44,509 nt of DNA, taken from the NCBI GenBank assembly GCA_032128375.1, contig JAQBGU010000083.1, forward strand, positions 1 through 44,509, read 5' to 3'. Both the position numbers and the translations under genes were made by a program. This DNA comes from Deltaproteobacteria bacterium. GTDB taxonomy: Bacteria; Myxococcota_A; UBA9160; SMWR01. Shown here in pieces: positions 28,989 to 37,757 of the stretch. The notes beneath the pieces are model-generated. The model had not been told where the DNA came from. It searched no databases and saw only the letters and a list, made by a program, of their open reading frames with translations. Positions within the stretch are counted from its first letter, which is position 1. Each line of letters starts with the position of its first letter.

Positions 28989-29912
28989 TCAACTCAGGCG
29001 GGCGAGTCTCGCGAGGAATTCGAAAGTTCGGTCGGCCGCGCCGGGGTCGCCTTCGACGGGAAACAGGATCCCGTGGAAGTCGGAAACTCCCAACACCGCC
29101 AGATGATCGAGCGCATCGAGAATTTCGATTTCGTCTCCGACCAGAGCAAGATCCGCCGCGGAAGTCAGACCTTGCCTTTCGAGCACGCGCCGATAGGAAG
29201 GCAGTCGCGAACTCTGTCGAGTGAATTCATGCGCGGAACGTCGACCTGATTCGGTATCGGATGTGATCGCAACCGGTAGGCCGCACACGATGCGCGGTTC
29301 TGGACGATTGGCGCGGTGCGCGGCGTCGAATACGAGCGGGATCGCAAATTCTTCCAGGTAGCGCGAACCGCCCAACCAGATCGCGGCTCCATCCGCTGAG
29401 CGCCCGGCCAATTCGAGCATCTTCGGCCCGAGTGCGGCCAATAGCAGCGGAGGAGCTGCAGTGTGGGCCTCGATGTCCAGTTTCAGTGCGGTCCGGAATT
29501 CGCTTCCAGCGTAATCTACGGGCTCGCCGTGCAACAGCGGCCGAAGAATATCGAGGTACTCGGCCGCGTGCCGAACCGGATGTGCGAAATCCAGCCCGAA
29601 GCGATCGGTGACCACCGCCTGGTGACTCACACCGATCCCCAAAGCGAGCCGTCCTGTTGCGGCGACCTGAACTGTCAGCGCCTGTTGTGCGAGTGCCGCT
29701 GGGTGCCGCGGGTACGTCGGGACCACCCAGCTGCCGAGCTCGACGCGATCGGTCAAACGCGCGGCCAATGCCAATACTGTGAGGGCGTCGTAGTCGAACA
29801 ACTGCCCCAGCCAGGCGGTGTGAAAACCGGCGGCGTTGATTTTCTCGAAGCGCGCCAATAGTGCCGAAAGCGATGCACCTGGGCCCGCTGACGTGTAGAT
29901 CCCGATTCTCAA
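28989..29912 (-). CDS. LLM-class, probably F420-dependent, oxidoreductase (307 aa)
   Basis: RIGI, AGFHTAW, ELGSWVVPTYPRHP, GRLALGIGVSH and AALGPKMLELAG. GGAG RBS before TTG 29912. Confidence 0.88.
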   Translation of the reverse strand: MRIGIYTSAGPGASLSALLARFEKINAAGFHTAWLGQLFDYDALTVLALAARLTDRVELGSWVVPTYPRHPAALAQQALTVQVAATGRLALGIGVSHQAVVTDRFGLDFAHPVRHAAEYLDILRPLLHGEPVDYAGSEFRTALKLDIEAHTAAPPLLLAALGPKMLELAGRSADGAAIWLGGSRYLEEFAIPLVFDAAHRANRPEPRIVCGLPVAITSDTESGRRSAHEFTRQSSRLPSYRRVLERQGLTSAADLALVGDEIEILDALDHLAVLGVSDFHGILFPVEGDPGAADRTFEFLARLARLS

Positions 29913-30031
29913 TGTCGCTCCACCAGGCTTGCCCCCGACCCGATCACCCGCGCCGGGCGATCCCGCGCGCAACGTGTCCAGCATCGAGTTACTCGAGTAT
30001 CGTCGCTACACACGATGTTGAGAGCAGTGCT

Positions 30032-30065
30032 GACAACAACGCCGACAACGCCGACAACAACAGCA
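30032..30065 (+). repeat. Short GACAAC(AAC)GCC repeat in a divergent spacer
   Basis: GACAACAAC GCC GACAAC GCC GACAACAAC AGCA. Confidence 0.6.
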
Positions 30066-30103
30066 AAGATTAGGTCACGCGACCGCCGTCGCGAGGAGGA
30101 CGC

Positions 30104-30886
30104 ATGTCAGGCGCTGGCTCGGCTACATCCGGTACCGAAGAGTTGTCTGGGCGCGTCGCGCTGGTTACCGGTGGTGCCGGCGACGGAATTGGAAGCGCGA
30201 CCGCACTACGACTCGCCCAAGCCGGCGCTTCAGTCGTCATCTTCGATAGCCACGCAAAGCGCACCAAGCAGGTCTCGGAGCGGATTGCGGCCGAGACGGG
30301 CGCTCGGGTACTCGGTATGCCCGGTGACATCGCCGATCGCGAGCGGGTGGATGAGGTCCTCGCGTCGACGCAAGCCGAGCTCGGCGAGGTCGACATCCTG
30401 GTCAACAATGCCGCCCTCAACGTGCTCGGCGACGTGGTCGACATCGATATCGCGGATTGGGACCGCGTTATGGATGTCGATCTGAACGCCTGTTTCTATC
30501 TGATCCGGCAGAGTCTGCCCGGCATGATGAGTCGAGGCCTCGGTTCGATCGTCAACGTGACTTCGGTCGCCGGATATCTCGGAAGCGGTCGCGAGGGGCC
30601 ATACGCGGCTTCGAAGGCAGCGCTCCATTCGCTGACCCGCAGTGTGGCCTTCGAAGCGGGACCCAGTGGGGTACGTTGCAACGCGGTCGCGACGGGGATT
30701 ATCTGGTCGAAGTTCGTTCGAAAGTACGCGGATCGGATGGAACCCGAGATCCAGAGAACCCCGCTGCGCCGCATCGGCGACCCCGAGGACGTGGCGGAAT
30801 TGATTGCCTTTCTCTGTTCAGCGCGTTCATCGTTCATTACCGGGGAGACCATCAACATCAGTGGCGGCTGGTATATGAGTCCCTGA
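30104..30886 (+). CDS. Short-chain dehydrogenase/reductase, FabG-like (260 aa)
   Basis: TGGAGDGIG, NNAA, YAASK, P.RRIG.PED and ITGETINISGG. GAGGAGG RBS. Confidence 0.93.
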   Translation: MSGAGSATSGTEELSGRVALVTGGAGDGIGSATALRLAQAGASVVIFDSHAKRTKQVSERIAAETGARVLGMPGDIADRERVDEVLASTQAELGEVDILVNNAALNVLGDVVDIDIADWDRVMDVDLNACFYLIRQSLPGMMSRGLGSIVNVTSVAGYLGSGREGPYAASKAALHSLTRSVAFEAGPSGVRCNAVATGIIWSKFVRKYADRMEPEIQRTPLRRIGDPEDVAELIAFLCSARSSFITGETINISGGWYMSP

Positions 30887-30947
30887 TAGGTGGCCGGACC
30901 CCATCGCTTTGCCGTCGGGGTTCCGGCACAACTCGATCCGAGATAGC

Positions 30948-30966
30948 ATCTGATGCACCGTCAGAT
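30948..30966. promoter_or_regulatory. Palindromic operator, copy 2 (ATCTGAT-GCACC-GTCAGAT)
   Basis: Intergenic, upstream of the Rieske gene. Overlaps a TAGCAT -10-like hexamer at 30944-30949. Confidence 0.75.
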
Positions 30967-31028
30967 TCGGAACAACAGCCCCGTTTCACCGCCTCATCGA
31001 CAACAAGCTTGGCCCTTGGAGGTCGCAA

Positions 31029-31979
31029 ATGTCGGACCGCTTTTCTTTCCCCGCCTATCCGAACGGCTGGTTTCGCGTCGCCTATTCGCACGAACTCGAG
31101 CCCGGCGATGTCGCCCCGCTGCACTACTTCGGACAGGATCTCGTGTTGTTTCGCGACGAGAAAGGCACAGCCCACGTACTAGACGCCCATTGTCGTCATC
31201 TGGGCGCTCACATCGGATATGGGGGCAAGGTCGAAGGCGATGGAATCCGTTGTCCGTTTCACGCTTGGAAGTGGAACGGAGAGGGGATTTGTACCGACAT
31301 CCCGTATGCGAAACGGATTCCAGCCGGTGCGCGGATTCGGGCATGGCCGAGCGTAGAGAAGAACGGACTGGTGATGGTGCACCACCACGCGGAGGGAACG
31401 GCTGCCCAATACCAGATCCCCGATCTTCCGCAGATCGGAGCGGGCGGTTGGACGCCGCTCGAGATTCGTCGCTGGAAGGTCAGATCGCGTTGGCTCGACA
31501 TGAATGAGAACGCCGTCGATCAGGTCCATTTCCACTACGTGCACGGAACCGTCACCACCCCCGAGACCCTGGTCGAACAAGCTGGGCACATCCTTCGATG
31601 CCAGTCGAAAATGACGCTGAAGACACCCCAAGGTGACGCGCAAGGTGGCATCGACACGACGGATTTCGGACCCGGGTTCCAGACGGTGGAGCTGTCAGGG
31701 ATCATCGAAACACTGATGGTAAACACCTCGACACCCATCGACGACGAGTACACCGACGTCAGCTTCGCCTACACGATCAATGCTGAAGGAAACGACCAAA
31801 AGGCGCGCGGTGTCGGAGCCGCGATCGTGCGAGATCTGGAGAGGCAGTTCGACGAGGATCGCACCATCTGGGAGAACAAGAAGTACTACGCGCGTCCGAT
31901 GTTGTGCGACGGAGACGGGAAGTTCGGCGTCTATCGTCGCTGGATGAGCCAGTTCTTCAGCGAGGACGCCGTTTCGTGA
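31029..31979 (+). CDS. Rieske non-heme iron oxygenase, KshA/Neverland-like (316 aa)
   Basis: YPNGWF, CRH...CPFH Rieske ligands, ENAVDQVHFHYVH, D..IWENK and C-terminal DG....YRRW..QF. Confidence 0.9.
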   Translation: MSDRFSFPAYPNGWFRVAYSHELEPGDVAPLHYFGQDLVLFRDEKGTAHVLDAHCRHLGAHIGYGGKVEGDGIRCPFHAWKWNGEGICTDIPYAKRIPAGARIRAWPSVEKNGLVMVHHHAEGTAAQYQIPDLPQIGAGGWTPLEIRRWKVRSRWLDMNENAVDQVHFHYVHGTVTTPETLVEQAGHILRCQSKMTLKTPQGDAQGGIDTTDFGPGFQTVELSGIIETLMVNTSTPIDDEYTDVSFAYTINAEGNDQKARGVGAAIVRDLERQFDEDRTIWENKKYYARPMLCDGDGKFGVYRRWMSQFFSEDAVS

Positions 31980-32809
31980 CCCACCGCGCGATCGACTGTT
32001 GGGTCAACGTGAACATGGGCGCGATGGGGCGGCCCGCCTATCTCAAAGAAGTTGCCGCCAACTATTTCAAGCAGGGTGAGGACTTTTTTCGAGACTACTC
32101 GGTCGACGAGATGGTCGAGACCATGGACCGCATCGGCGTCGAGAAGGCCATCTTGACGACCGATGCCGTGCAACCATCGGAGCATGTGTTGTCGTTTGCC
32201 ACCAAACGCCCCGACCGCTTCGCTCTCGGTTGCCAGATCGATCCCACCCTCGGGATGCAAGCGGTCCGCGCGCTAGAGAGCTTCAGCCATGAACACAACG
32301 CTGTGTTGTGCCGAATTACCCCGTTCTATCTCGATATCGCACCGAACGACGCGATCTACTACCCGATCTACACGAAGTGCGTCGAGCTGGACCTGCCGAT
32401 TACGATCAATACAGGTATCCCGGGGCCTCCGGCTCCCGGTGAGTGTCAGCACCCGATGCTCCTGGACAAGGTCTGCCTGCACTTCCCGGAGCTGAAGCTC
32501 GTCATGGCTCACGGCGCCGACCCGTGGTGGAGCGAAGCGTGCCGGCTGATGCTCAAATATCACAACCTCTACATGATGACCTCCGCCTACTTGCCGAAGT
32601 ATTTTCCTCCCGAGCTGATTTCGTTTATGAATACACGTGGAAGACACAAAATCATGTTCGCTTCCGATCACCCCGCGATTCAGATGGAACGCTGTCTGGG
32701 CGAGGCAGCCCAACTCGAACTGCGGCCGGGTGTGCTCGACAAATTCCTGTACGAGAACGCCAACAACTTGTTCTTTGCAGAAGAGCGGTCGACAGAGAAG
32801 GTCGGCTGA
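31976..32809 (+). CDS. Amidohydrolase family 2 protein (277 aa)
   Basis: GTGA overlap. YYPIYTKCVELDLPI, FPELKLVMAHG and MFASDHP. Confidence 0.88.
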   Translation: MTHRAIDCWVNVNMGAMGRPAYLKEVAANYFKQGEDFFRDYSVDEMVETMDRIGVEKAILTTDAVQPSEHVLSFATKRPDRFALGCQIDPTLGMQAVRALESFSHEHNAVLCRITPFYLDIAPNDAIYYPIYTKCVELDLPITINTGIPGPPAPGECQHPMLLDKVCLHFPELKLVMAHGADPWWSEACRLMLKYHNLYMMTSAYLPKYFPPELISFMNTRGRHKIMFASDHPAIQMERCLGEAAQLELRPGVLDKFLYENANNLFFAEERSTEKVG

Positions 32810-32815
32810 CGGCCG

Positions 32816-34009
32816 ATGGATTTTAGCGAGCTACCCGAGCACACTGCGTTTCGCGAACAGGTTCGCGACTGGCTCGTGCAAAATCTTCCCGACGGTTGGG
32901 GGGCGCATTCCTACCAGGAACCCAAGACCGGAATGGCGCATCTCAGCCTTGCGAAGAAATGGCAGCGCCAGCTCTATGACGGCGGTTGGGCGGGTCTTTC
33001 GTGGCCGAGGGAGTACGGGGGCCGCGACGCCGCAACGATGGAGCAGATCATCTGGGGGGAGGAATACGCGCGCGCCTGGGCGCCCAACCTGATTTCGATA
33101 AGTGTCGGGCAGAGTCTCACCGGGCCCGTGCTGATCGATCGCGGCAAGCCGTGGCAACGCGAGCGATTCCTGAACAAAATTCTCACCGGCGAGGAGGTCT
33201 GGTGCCAGGGTTTCTCCGAGCCCAACGCCGGCTCAGACCTGGCTTCCCTGAAGACGCGCGGCGAAGTCACCGCCAGCGAAATCATCGTTACCGGGCAAAA
33301 GATCTGGACGAGCTTCGCTCAGTACGCGGACTGGTGTATATTGATCGTTCGAACCGATTCCGATGTGAGCCGCAAACACGATGGCCTGACTTTCGTGCTG
33401 CTCGATATGACGACACCCGGTATCGAGGTCCGGCCACTCGTCGAGATCACCGGTGAAAACTGGTTCAATGAAGTCTTCTTCGATCGGGTTCGCATTCCCG
33501 TCGAGAACGTCGTGGGTGAAATCGGGAAGGGATGGGACGTGGTCGTGCATACGCTCTCACACGAGCGTGCGTCCTCGGCGCCCCACGCAAAACTCGAAGC
33601 CGAACTCGCGTTGCTGATCCAGTTGGCACGTCGTACCCCGTATCGCGGAGGCAACGCCTGTGACGACCCGCTGGTTCGTCAGGAACTGGCGAGGTTCTCG
33701 ATCGAAGTGATGAACCTGAAGATCAACGCGTACCGCAATGCCGCGACGATGCAGCGGACCGGTCACCCGGGCCCGGCCGGATCGCTGCAGAAGTTGGGCT
33801 GGAGCGAACTCGATCAACGGATCAAGTCGTTTGCGGTCGAGATACTCGGGCCGCACGGCTTGCTGTTGGGAGAGGACGAGCGGGCGATCGATGCGGGCTA
33901 TTGGAGCCACGAGTTGCTTTGGTCGCGGGCCGCCACGATCTATGCGGGAACTTCGGAGATCCAGCGCAATATCATCGCCGAGCGGGTATTGAAGCTGCCG
34001 CGATCCTGA
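32816..34009 (+). CDS. Acyl-CoA dehydrogenase, catalytic-type subunit (397 aa)
   Basis: WCQGFSEPNAGSDL, GQKIWTS, FNEVFFD, HER and TIYAGTSEIQRNIIAER. Confidence 0.94.
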   Translation: MDFSELPEHTAFREQVRDWLVQNLPDGWGAHSYQEPKTGMAHLSLAKKWQRQLYDGGWAGLSWPREYGGRDAATMEQIIWGEEYARAWAPNLISISVGQSLTGPVLIDRGKPWQRERFLNKILTGEEVWCQGFSEPNAGSDLASLKTRGEVTASEIIVTGQKIWTSFAQYADWCILIVRTDSDVSRKHDGLTFVLLDMTTPGIEVRPLVEITGENWFNEVFFDRVRIPVENVVGEIGKGWDVVVHTLSHERASSAPHAKLEAELALLIQLARRTPYRGGNACDDPLVRQELARFSIEVMNLKINAYRNAATMQRTGHPGPAGSLQKLGWSELDQRIKSFAVEILGPHGLLLGEDERAIDAGYWSHELLWSRAATIYAGTSEIQRNIIAERVLKLPRS

Positions 34010-34033
34010 GCTCTACAATTGCCCAGGAAGGAA

Positions 34034-34052
34034 ATCTGATATACCGTCAGAT
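34034..34052. promoter_or_regulatory. Palindromic operator, copy 3 (ATCTGAT-ATACC-GTCAGAT)
   Basis: Upstream of the TetR gene. Overlaps the -10 of a possible TTGCCC-N17-TACCGT promoter (34019-34047). Confidence 0.75.
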
Positions 34053-34187
34053 CCTGCAATGCGCGCAGCCGGAAGCGTGTAATCACAGAACGCGGAAAAG
34101 TCGAGAAGCAGTTGCAGTTGCTGGCGCTGATGGAGTCGGGTACTCGAGTGGGACGGAAGCGAAATTCCCATTTCTTCGGAGCAAGCG

Positions 34188-34877
34188 ATGGCCGAGGCAA
34201 GTCACATTCGGCACATCACGGTCGACCAGAACGGTCGCCCGCTCGGCCCCCGCGCACTCGGTACGCGCAACCGTCTGCTTCAGGCGACGCTCGAACTGCT
34301 GGGCCAGAAGAGTGTCCGGGACGTTGCAGTCGTCGACATCGCCAGGAACGCAGACACATCTCCAGCGACCTTCTATCAGTATTTCAAGGATGTCTCCGAT
34401 GCCATCCTGCAGCTCGCCGAGAGGGCGGCAGAAGACATGCCCGCCATGCTCGATCTGATCGACCGTCCCTGGCACGGGAGCGCCGGCCTCGACACCGCTC
34501 GCGCGTTGTCCGACGCGTTCATCCAACACTGGGACGCGCACCGCCCTGTGCTGTTGGTCCGGAACCTGGCCGCCGACGAGGGCGACCGAAAATTCCAGAA
34601 GGTTCGCCGGGAGGCGTTGCGCCCCGTGCTGGACCAGTTGGCGCAAAAGATCGAAGAATCAAAGCAAGCGGGGCAGGTCGGCCCCGAGGTGCACGCTTAT
34701 GCGGCCGCCGCGGCGCTCGCTGCGATCCTGGAGCGCCTGGCTGCCTACCACAAGGAACTCGAGCCATTGGGAGTGACGCGCCGAGACCTCGTCGAGACCT
34801 GTGCTCGGATAATCTTCCAGACGGTGACCGGTGGCTCTGCGCCGGTTCGCAGCGACCTGGAAAAGGAGAATTCGTGA
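34188..34877 (+). CDS. TetR/AcrR family transcriptional regulator (229 aa)
   Basis: HTH TRNRLLQAT...VVDIARNADTSPATFYQYFKD. GGAG RBS. Confidence 0.92.
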   Translation: MAEASHIRHITVDQNGRPLGPRALGTRNRLLQATLELLGQKSVRDVAVVDIARNADTSPATFYQYFKDVSDAILQLAERAAEDMPAMLDLIDRPWHGSAGLDTARALSDAFIQHWDAHRPVLLVRNLAADEGDRKFQKVRREALRPVLDQLAQKIEESKQAGQVGPEVHAYAAAAALAAILERLAAYHKELEPLGVTRRDLVETCARIIFQTVTGGSAPVRSDLEKENS

Positions 34878-36181
34878 AGACTGAAGATTTGATTCTCGTC
34901 AGCGTGGACGACCACGTAGTCGAACCGGCGGGAATGTTCGAACAGCACCTTCCCCAGCAGTACAAAGCAGACGCCCCGCACATCGTTCGCAAGAAGGACG
35001 GCTCTGACGTCTGGGTCTATCAAGGTGCGCAGATTCCGAACATCGGACTGAACGCGGTTGTCGGTCGACCGCCCGAAGAGTACGGGATGGAGCCGACTTC
35101 CTTCGACCAGCTGCGAACCGGCTGCTACGACATTCACGAGCGGATCCGAGACATGAATGCAAACGGCGTGCTCGCGTCTATGTGCTTTCCGTCGTTTCCG
35201 GGTTTCAGCGGCAAGCTGTTCCAACAGTCCAAAAACAAGGATCTGGCGCGCGTGATGCTGCAGGCATACAACGATTGGCACATCGACGAGTGGTGTGGGA
35301 CCTACCCCGGTCGCTTCATACCGCTTGCAATCCCACCGATCTGGGATGTGAAGTTGATGGCAGACGAGGTGCGCCGCGTGGCCAAGAAGGGCTGCTATGC
35401 GATGTCGTTTTCCGAGGCGCCCGAAGCTCTGGATCTACCCGGCCTCCACAGCGACTACTGGAATCCCTTTTGGGAGGCGTGTGCCGATCAGCGCACCGTG
35501 GTTTGCATCCACATCGGGTCGGGCAAGGGCATGAATTTCACGTCTCCAGAAGCACCGGTCGACGTGATGATCACCACCCAACCCATCGCGATCGTGAATT
35601 GCGCGGGCGACCTGCTGTGGTCGAAGATGCTGCGTCGCTATCCGGACCTGAAGATTGCGTTGTCCGAGGGCGGAATCGGCTGGATTCCCTACTTCCTCGA
35701 GCGTGCCGACTACGTCTACCAGCATCACCATCATTGGACCCACCAGGATTTCGGCGACAAGCAACCGAGCGATGTGTTTCGCGAGCACATCATCACATGC
35801 TTCATCGAAGATCCGATCGGCGTCAAGAACCGCCACGCCGTCGGCATCGATACCATCACCTGGGAATGCGACTACCCGCACTCGGACACCACCTGGCCGA
35901 CCGCCCCGGAGATTCTGTCTCGCAGCCTCGTCGGTGTTCCAGACGCTGAGGTCGCAAAAATGACCCACGGCAACGCAATGCGGGAGTTCCGGCTCGATGC
36001 CTTTTCGCACCGGCCGAAGGAGAAGTGCACAGTGGCCGCGCTGCGCGCGGAGTCTCCCGACGTCGATCTGGCGCTGAAGAGCCAAGGCGGTAAACCGCCG
36101 AGCGAAGACGCTACGCGCCCCGTCACGACGGGCGATGTGGTCAAGCAGCTCGCGACCGCATTCATGACCCCGGTGGACTGA
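34874..36181 (+). CDS. Amidohydrolase family 2 protein (435 aa)
   Basis: AAGGAG RBS, with the GTG overlapping the TetR stop. SVDDHVVEP, AYNDWHIDEW, IHIGS, SEGGIGW and WECDYPHSD. Confidence 0.9.
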   Translation: MKTEDLILVSVDDHVVEPAGMFEQHLPQQYKADAPHIVRKKDGSDVWVYQGAQIPNIGLNAVVGRPPEEYGMEPTSFDQLRTGCYDIHERIRDMNANGVLASMCFPSFPGFSGKLFQQSKNKDLARVMLQAYNDWHIDEWCGTYPGRFIPLAIPPIWDVKLMADEVRRVAKKGCYAMSFSEAPEALDLPGLHSDYWNPFWEACADQRTVVCIHIGSGKGMNFTSPEAPVDVMITTQPIAIVNCAGDLLWSKMLRRYPDLKIALSEGGIGWIPYFLERADYVYQHHHHWTHQDFGDKQPSDVFREHIITCFIEDPIGVKNRHAVGIDTITWECDYPHSDTTWPTAPEILSRSLVGVPDAEVAKMTHGNAMREFRLDAFSHRPKEKCTVAALRAESPDVDLALKSQGGKPPSEDATRPVTTGDVVKQLATAFMTPVD

Positions 36182-36220
36182 GGCGTCGCGAAGTTGTTCG
36201 GCCCATTGCCTCGCTCGGGG

Positions 36221-36667
36221 CTACTGCTTTTCTGTGTAGTCTTCCAGTCGGTCGGCCAGGTCGTTTACCAGGCGGGTGAAGCTTCGCAGGTCGCTGCGGC
36301 GCAGTGGGGCCCAGATGGAGTCGATCGCCTGCTGGCGCCGTTCCGCGAGATTCTGCATGGCTCGGCGTCCTTTGGGTGTCAGGCGGTAGACCCTTTGCCG
36401 GCCATCCGATTCGCCGATGCTGGCGCGCACGAGGTCACGTTCGAGTAGCTGCCTGAGTGTTCGCGACACCGCGGCGGGAGTACAGGAGCGACGCCGGGCG
36501 AACATGGACGGCATGAAGCTCTCCTCGCCGACCTCCTCGAGGACCTGCCACTGGGTTTCGGTGATGCCGGATTGGCGGGCCAGTTGCAGTCTGCGCTCCG
36601 AAAAGAGTTCGGCGACGCGCTGCAGCGCCGCAATCGCGTCGAGGGTGTCGGGGCCTGGCTGGGTCAC
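36221..36667 (-). CDS. MarR family transcriptional regulator (148 aa)
   Basis: GITETQWQVL, AAVSRTLRQL and DGRQRVYRLTPKG. AGGAG RBS before GTG 36667. Confidence 0.9.
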   Translation of the reverse strand: MTQPGPDTLDAIAALQRVAELFSERRLQLARQSGITETQWQVLEEVGEESFMPSMFARRRSCTPAAVSRTLRQLLERDLVRASIGESDGRQRVYRLTPKGRRAMQNLAERRQQAIDSIWAPLRRSDLRSFTRLVNDLADRLEDYTEKQ

Positions 36668-36741
36668 GTTGGCTCCTGCAGTCCACTCGGTGAACTTTGA
36701 TGGCCATTCCAGAAGAGATTGAATTTTGTTGCGGAACACAT

Positions 36742-36763
36742 ATAGTTAACGATAGTTAATGAT
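36742..36763. promoter_or_regulatory. Putative MarR operator ATAGTTAAC-GATA-GTTAATGAT
   Basis: AT-rich imperfect inverted repeat (7 of 9) in the divergent marR-methyltransferase spacer. Confidence 0.6.
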
Positions 36764-36792
36764 AACCACAACGAGATAATGAAAGGACAGCC

Positions 36793-37560
36793 ATGGACAG
36801 AAGTCAATCGATTCAGCGACAATTCGGCGCTGCGGCAGCTCGTTACGCGACCAGCCGCTATCACCAGAGCAGCCCCGATCTCGAGAATATGTTGAAGGCA
36901 GTCACACTCACCGGCCGTGAGCAGGTACTCGACGTTGGGACGGGTACGGGGCACACGGCGCTGGCGTTTGCACCGCAGGTTGCTTCGGTCATCGGTCTGG
37001 ACATGACCGAGGCCATGTTGGACCAGGCGCGCGAACTCGCGGTCCAGCAGGGCGCGAGCAACGCGAATTTCGAACTCGGCGATGCGATGAACCTACGCTA
37101 TGACTCCGACCGGTTCGATCTCGTGACCTGCCGCGTTTGTGCGCACCACTTCGCTGACGTCCAGAAGGCGGTCGAGGAGATGGCCCGTGTGTTGCGACCC
37201 GGCGGGCGGCTACTCGTTGTCGACAGCGTATCGCCCGAAGACCCGGCCGAAGACACCTATCTCAACTGCATCGAGCTGATTCGTGACCCCTCGCACGTGC
37301 GGAACTACAGTGTCAGTCAATGGAAAGGGATGTTCGAAACGGCCCGACTCTCCGCCGAATACAAAGGAACCTGGGCGGTCCCGCTCGATTTCGAAGAATG
37401 GGTAGAGCGGATGGGGACTCCGGAGCTGGAGCGCTCGCAGTTGCGCGCACTGTTCGACCGCGCACCCGACCCGGTTCGGACCGGGCTCGGCATCCGCGCC
37501 GGTGCGCGCTATGGGTTCGACATTCCCATCGCGATGCTCGCGGGACGAAAGGACTCGTGA
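36793..37560 (+). CDS. Class I SAM-dependent methyltransferase, UbiE/YafE-like (255 aa)
   Basis: VLDVGTGTGHT, GLD, GDA, FDLVTCR..AHHF, RVLRPGG and RDPSHVR. Confidence 0.92.
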   Translation: MDRSQSIQRQFGAAAARYATSRYHQSSPDLENMLKAVTLTGREQVLDVGTGTGHTALAFAPQVASVIGLDMTEAMLDQARELAVQQGASNANFELGDAMNLRYDSDRFDLVTCRVCAHHFADVQKAVEEMARVLRPGGRLLVVDSVSPEDPAEDTYLNCIELIRDPSHVRNYSVSQWKGMFETARLSAEYKGTWAVPLDFEEWVERMGTPELERSQLRALFDRAPDPVRTGLGIRAGARYGFDIPIAMLAGRKDS

Positions 37561-37703
37561 GCGGTATTCATCACTTCACCCGTCCCGCCGGATTTCTCGA
37601 AGTCCCACGCGCCTGAACCACCGCATGCACTGCATGGCTTCGACTGCATCTCACCCGGGTGTCAGCCTGCGGGTATACTCCGGGCTGCGCGCGCGGAAGA
37701 GCC

Positions 37704-37739
37704 CGAGGTCGAAGTCGAGGTCGAAGTCGAAAGCGATGC
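37704..37739 (+). repeat. Degenerate hexamer repeat (CGARGT)n
   Basis: CGAGGT CGAAGT CGAGGT CGAAGT CGAAAG CGATGC, just before the RBS of 37758. Confidence 0.65.
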
Positions 37740-37757
37740 CTCGGAAAGGGGATGTAA

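Noticed and set aside
34112..34873. Apparent 254-aa N-terminal extension making a 689-aa amidohydrolase
   Set aside because: It overlaps the TetR gene in another frame and is Arg/Pro-rich shadow sequence. The amidohydrolase has its own AAGGAG RBS and GTG at 34874.
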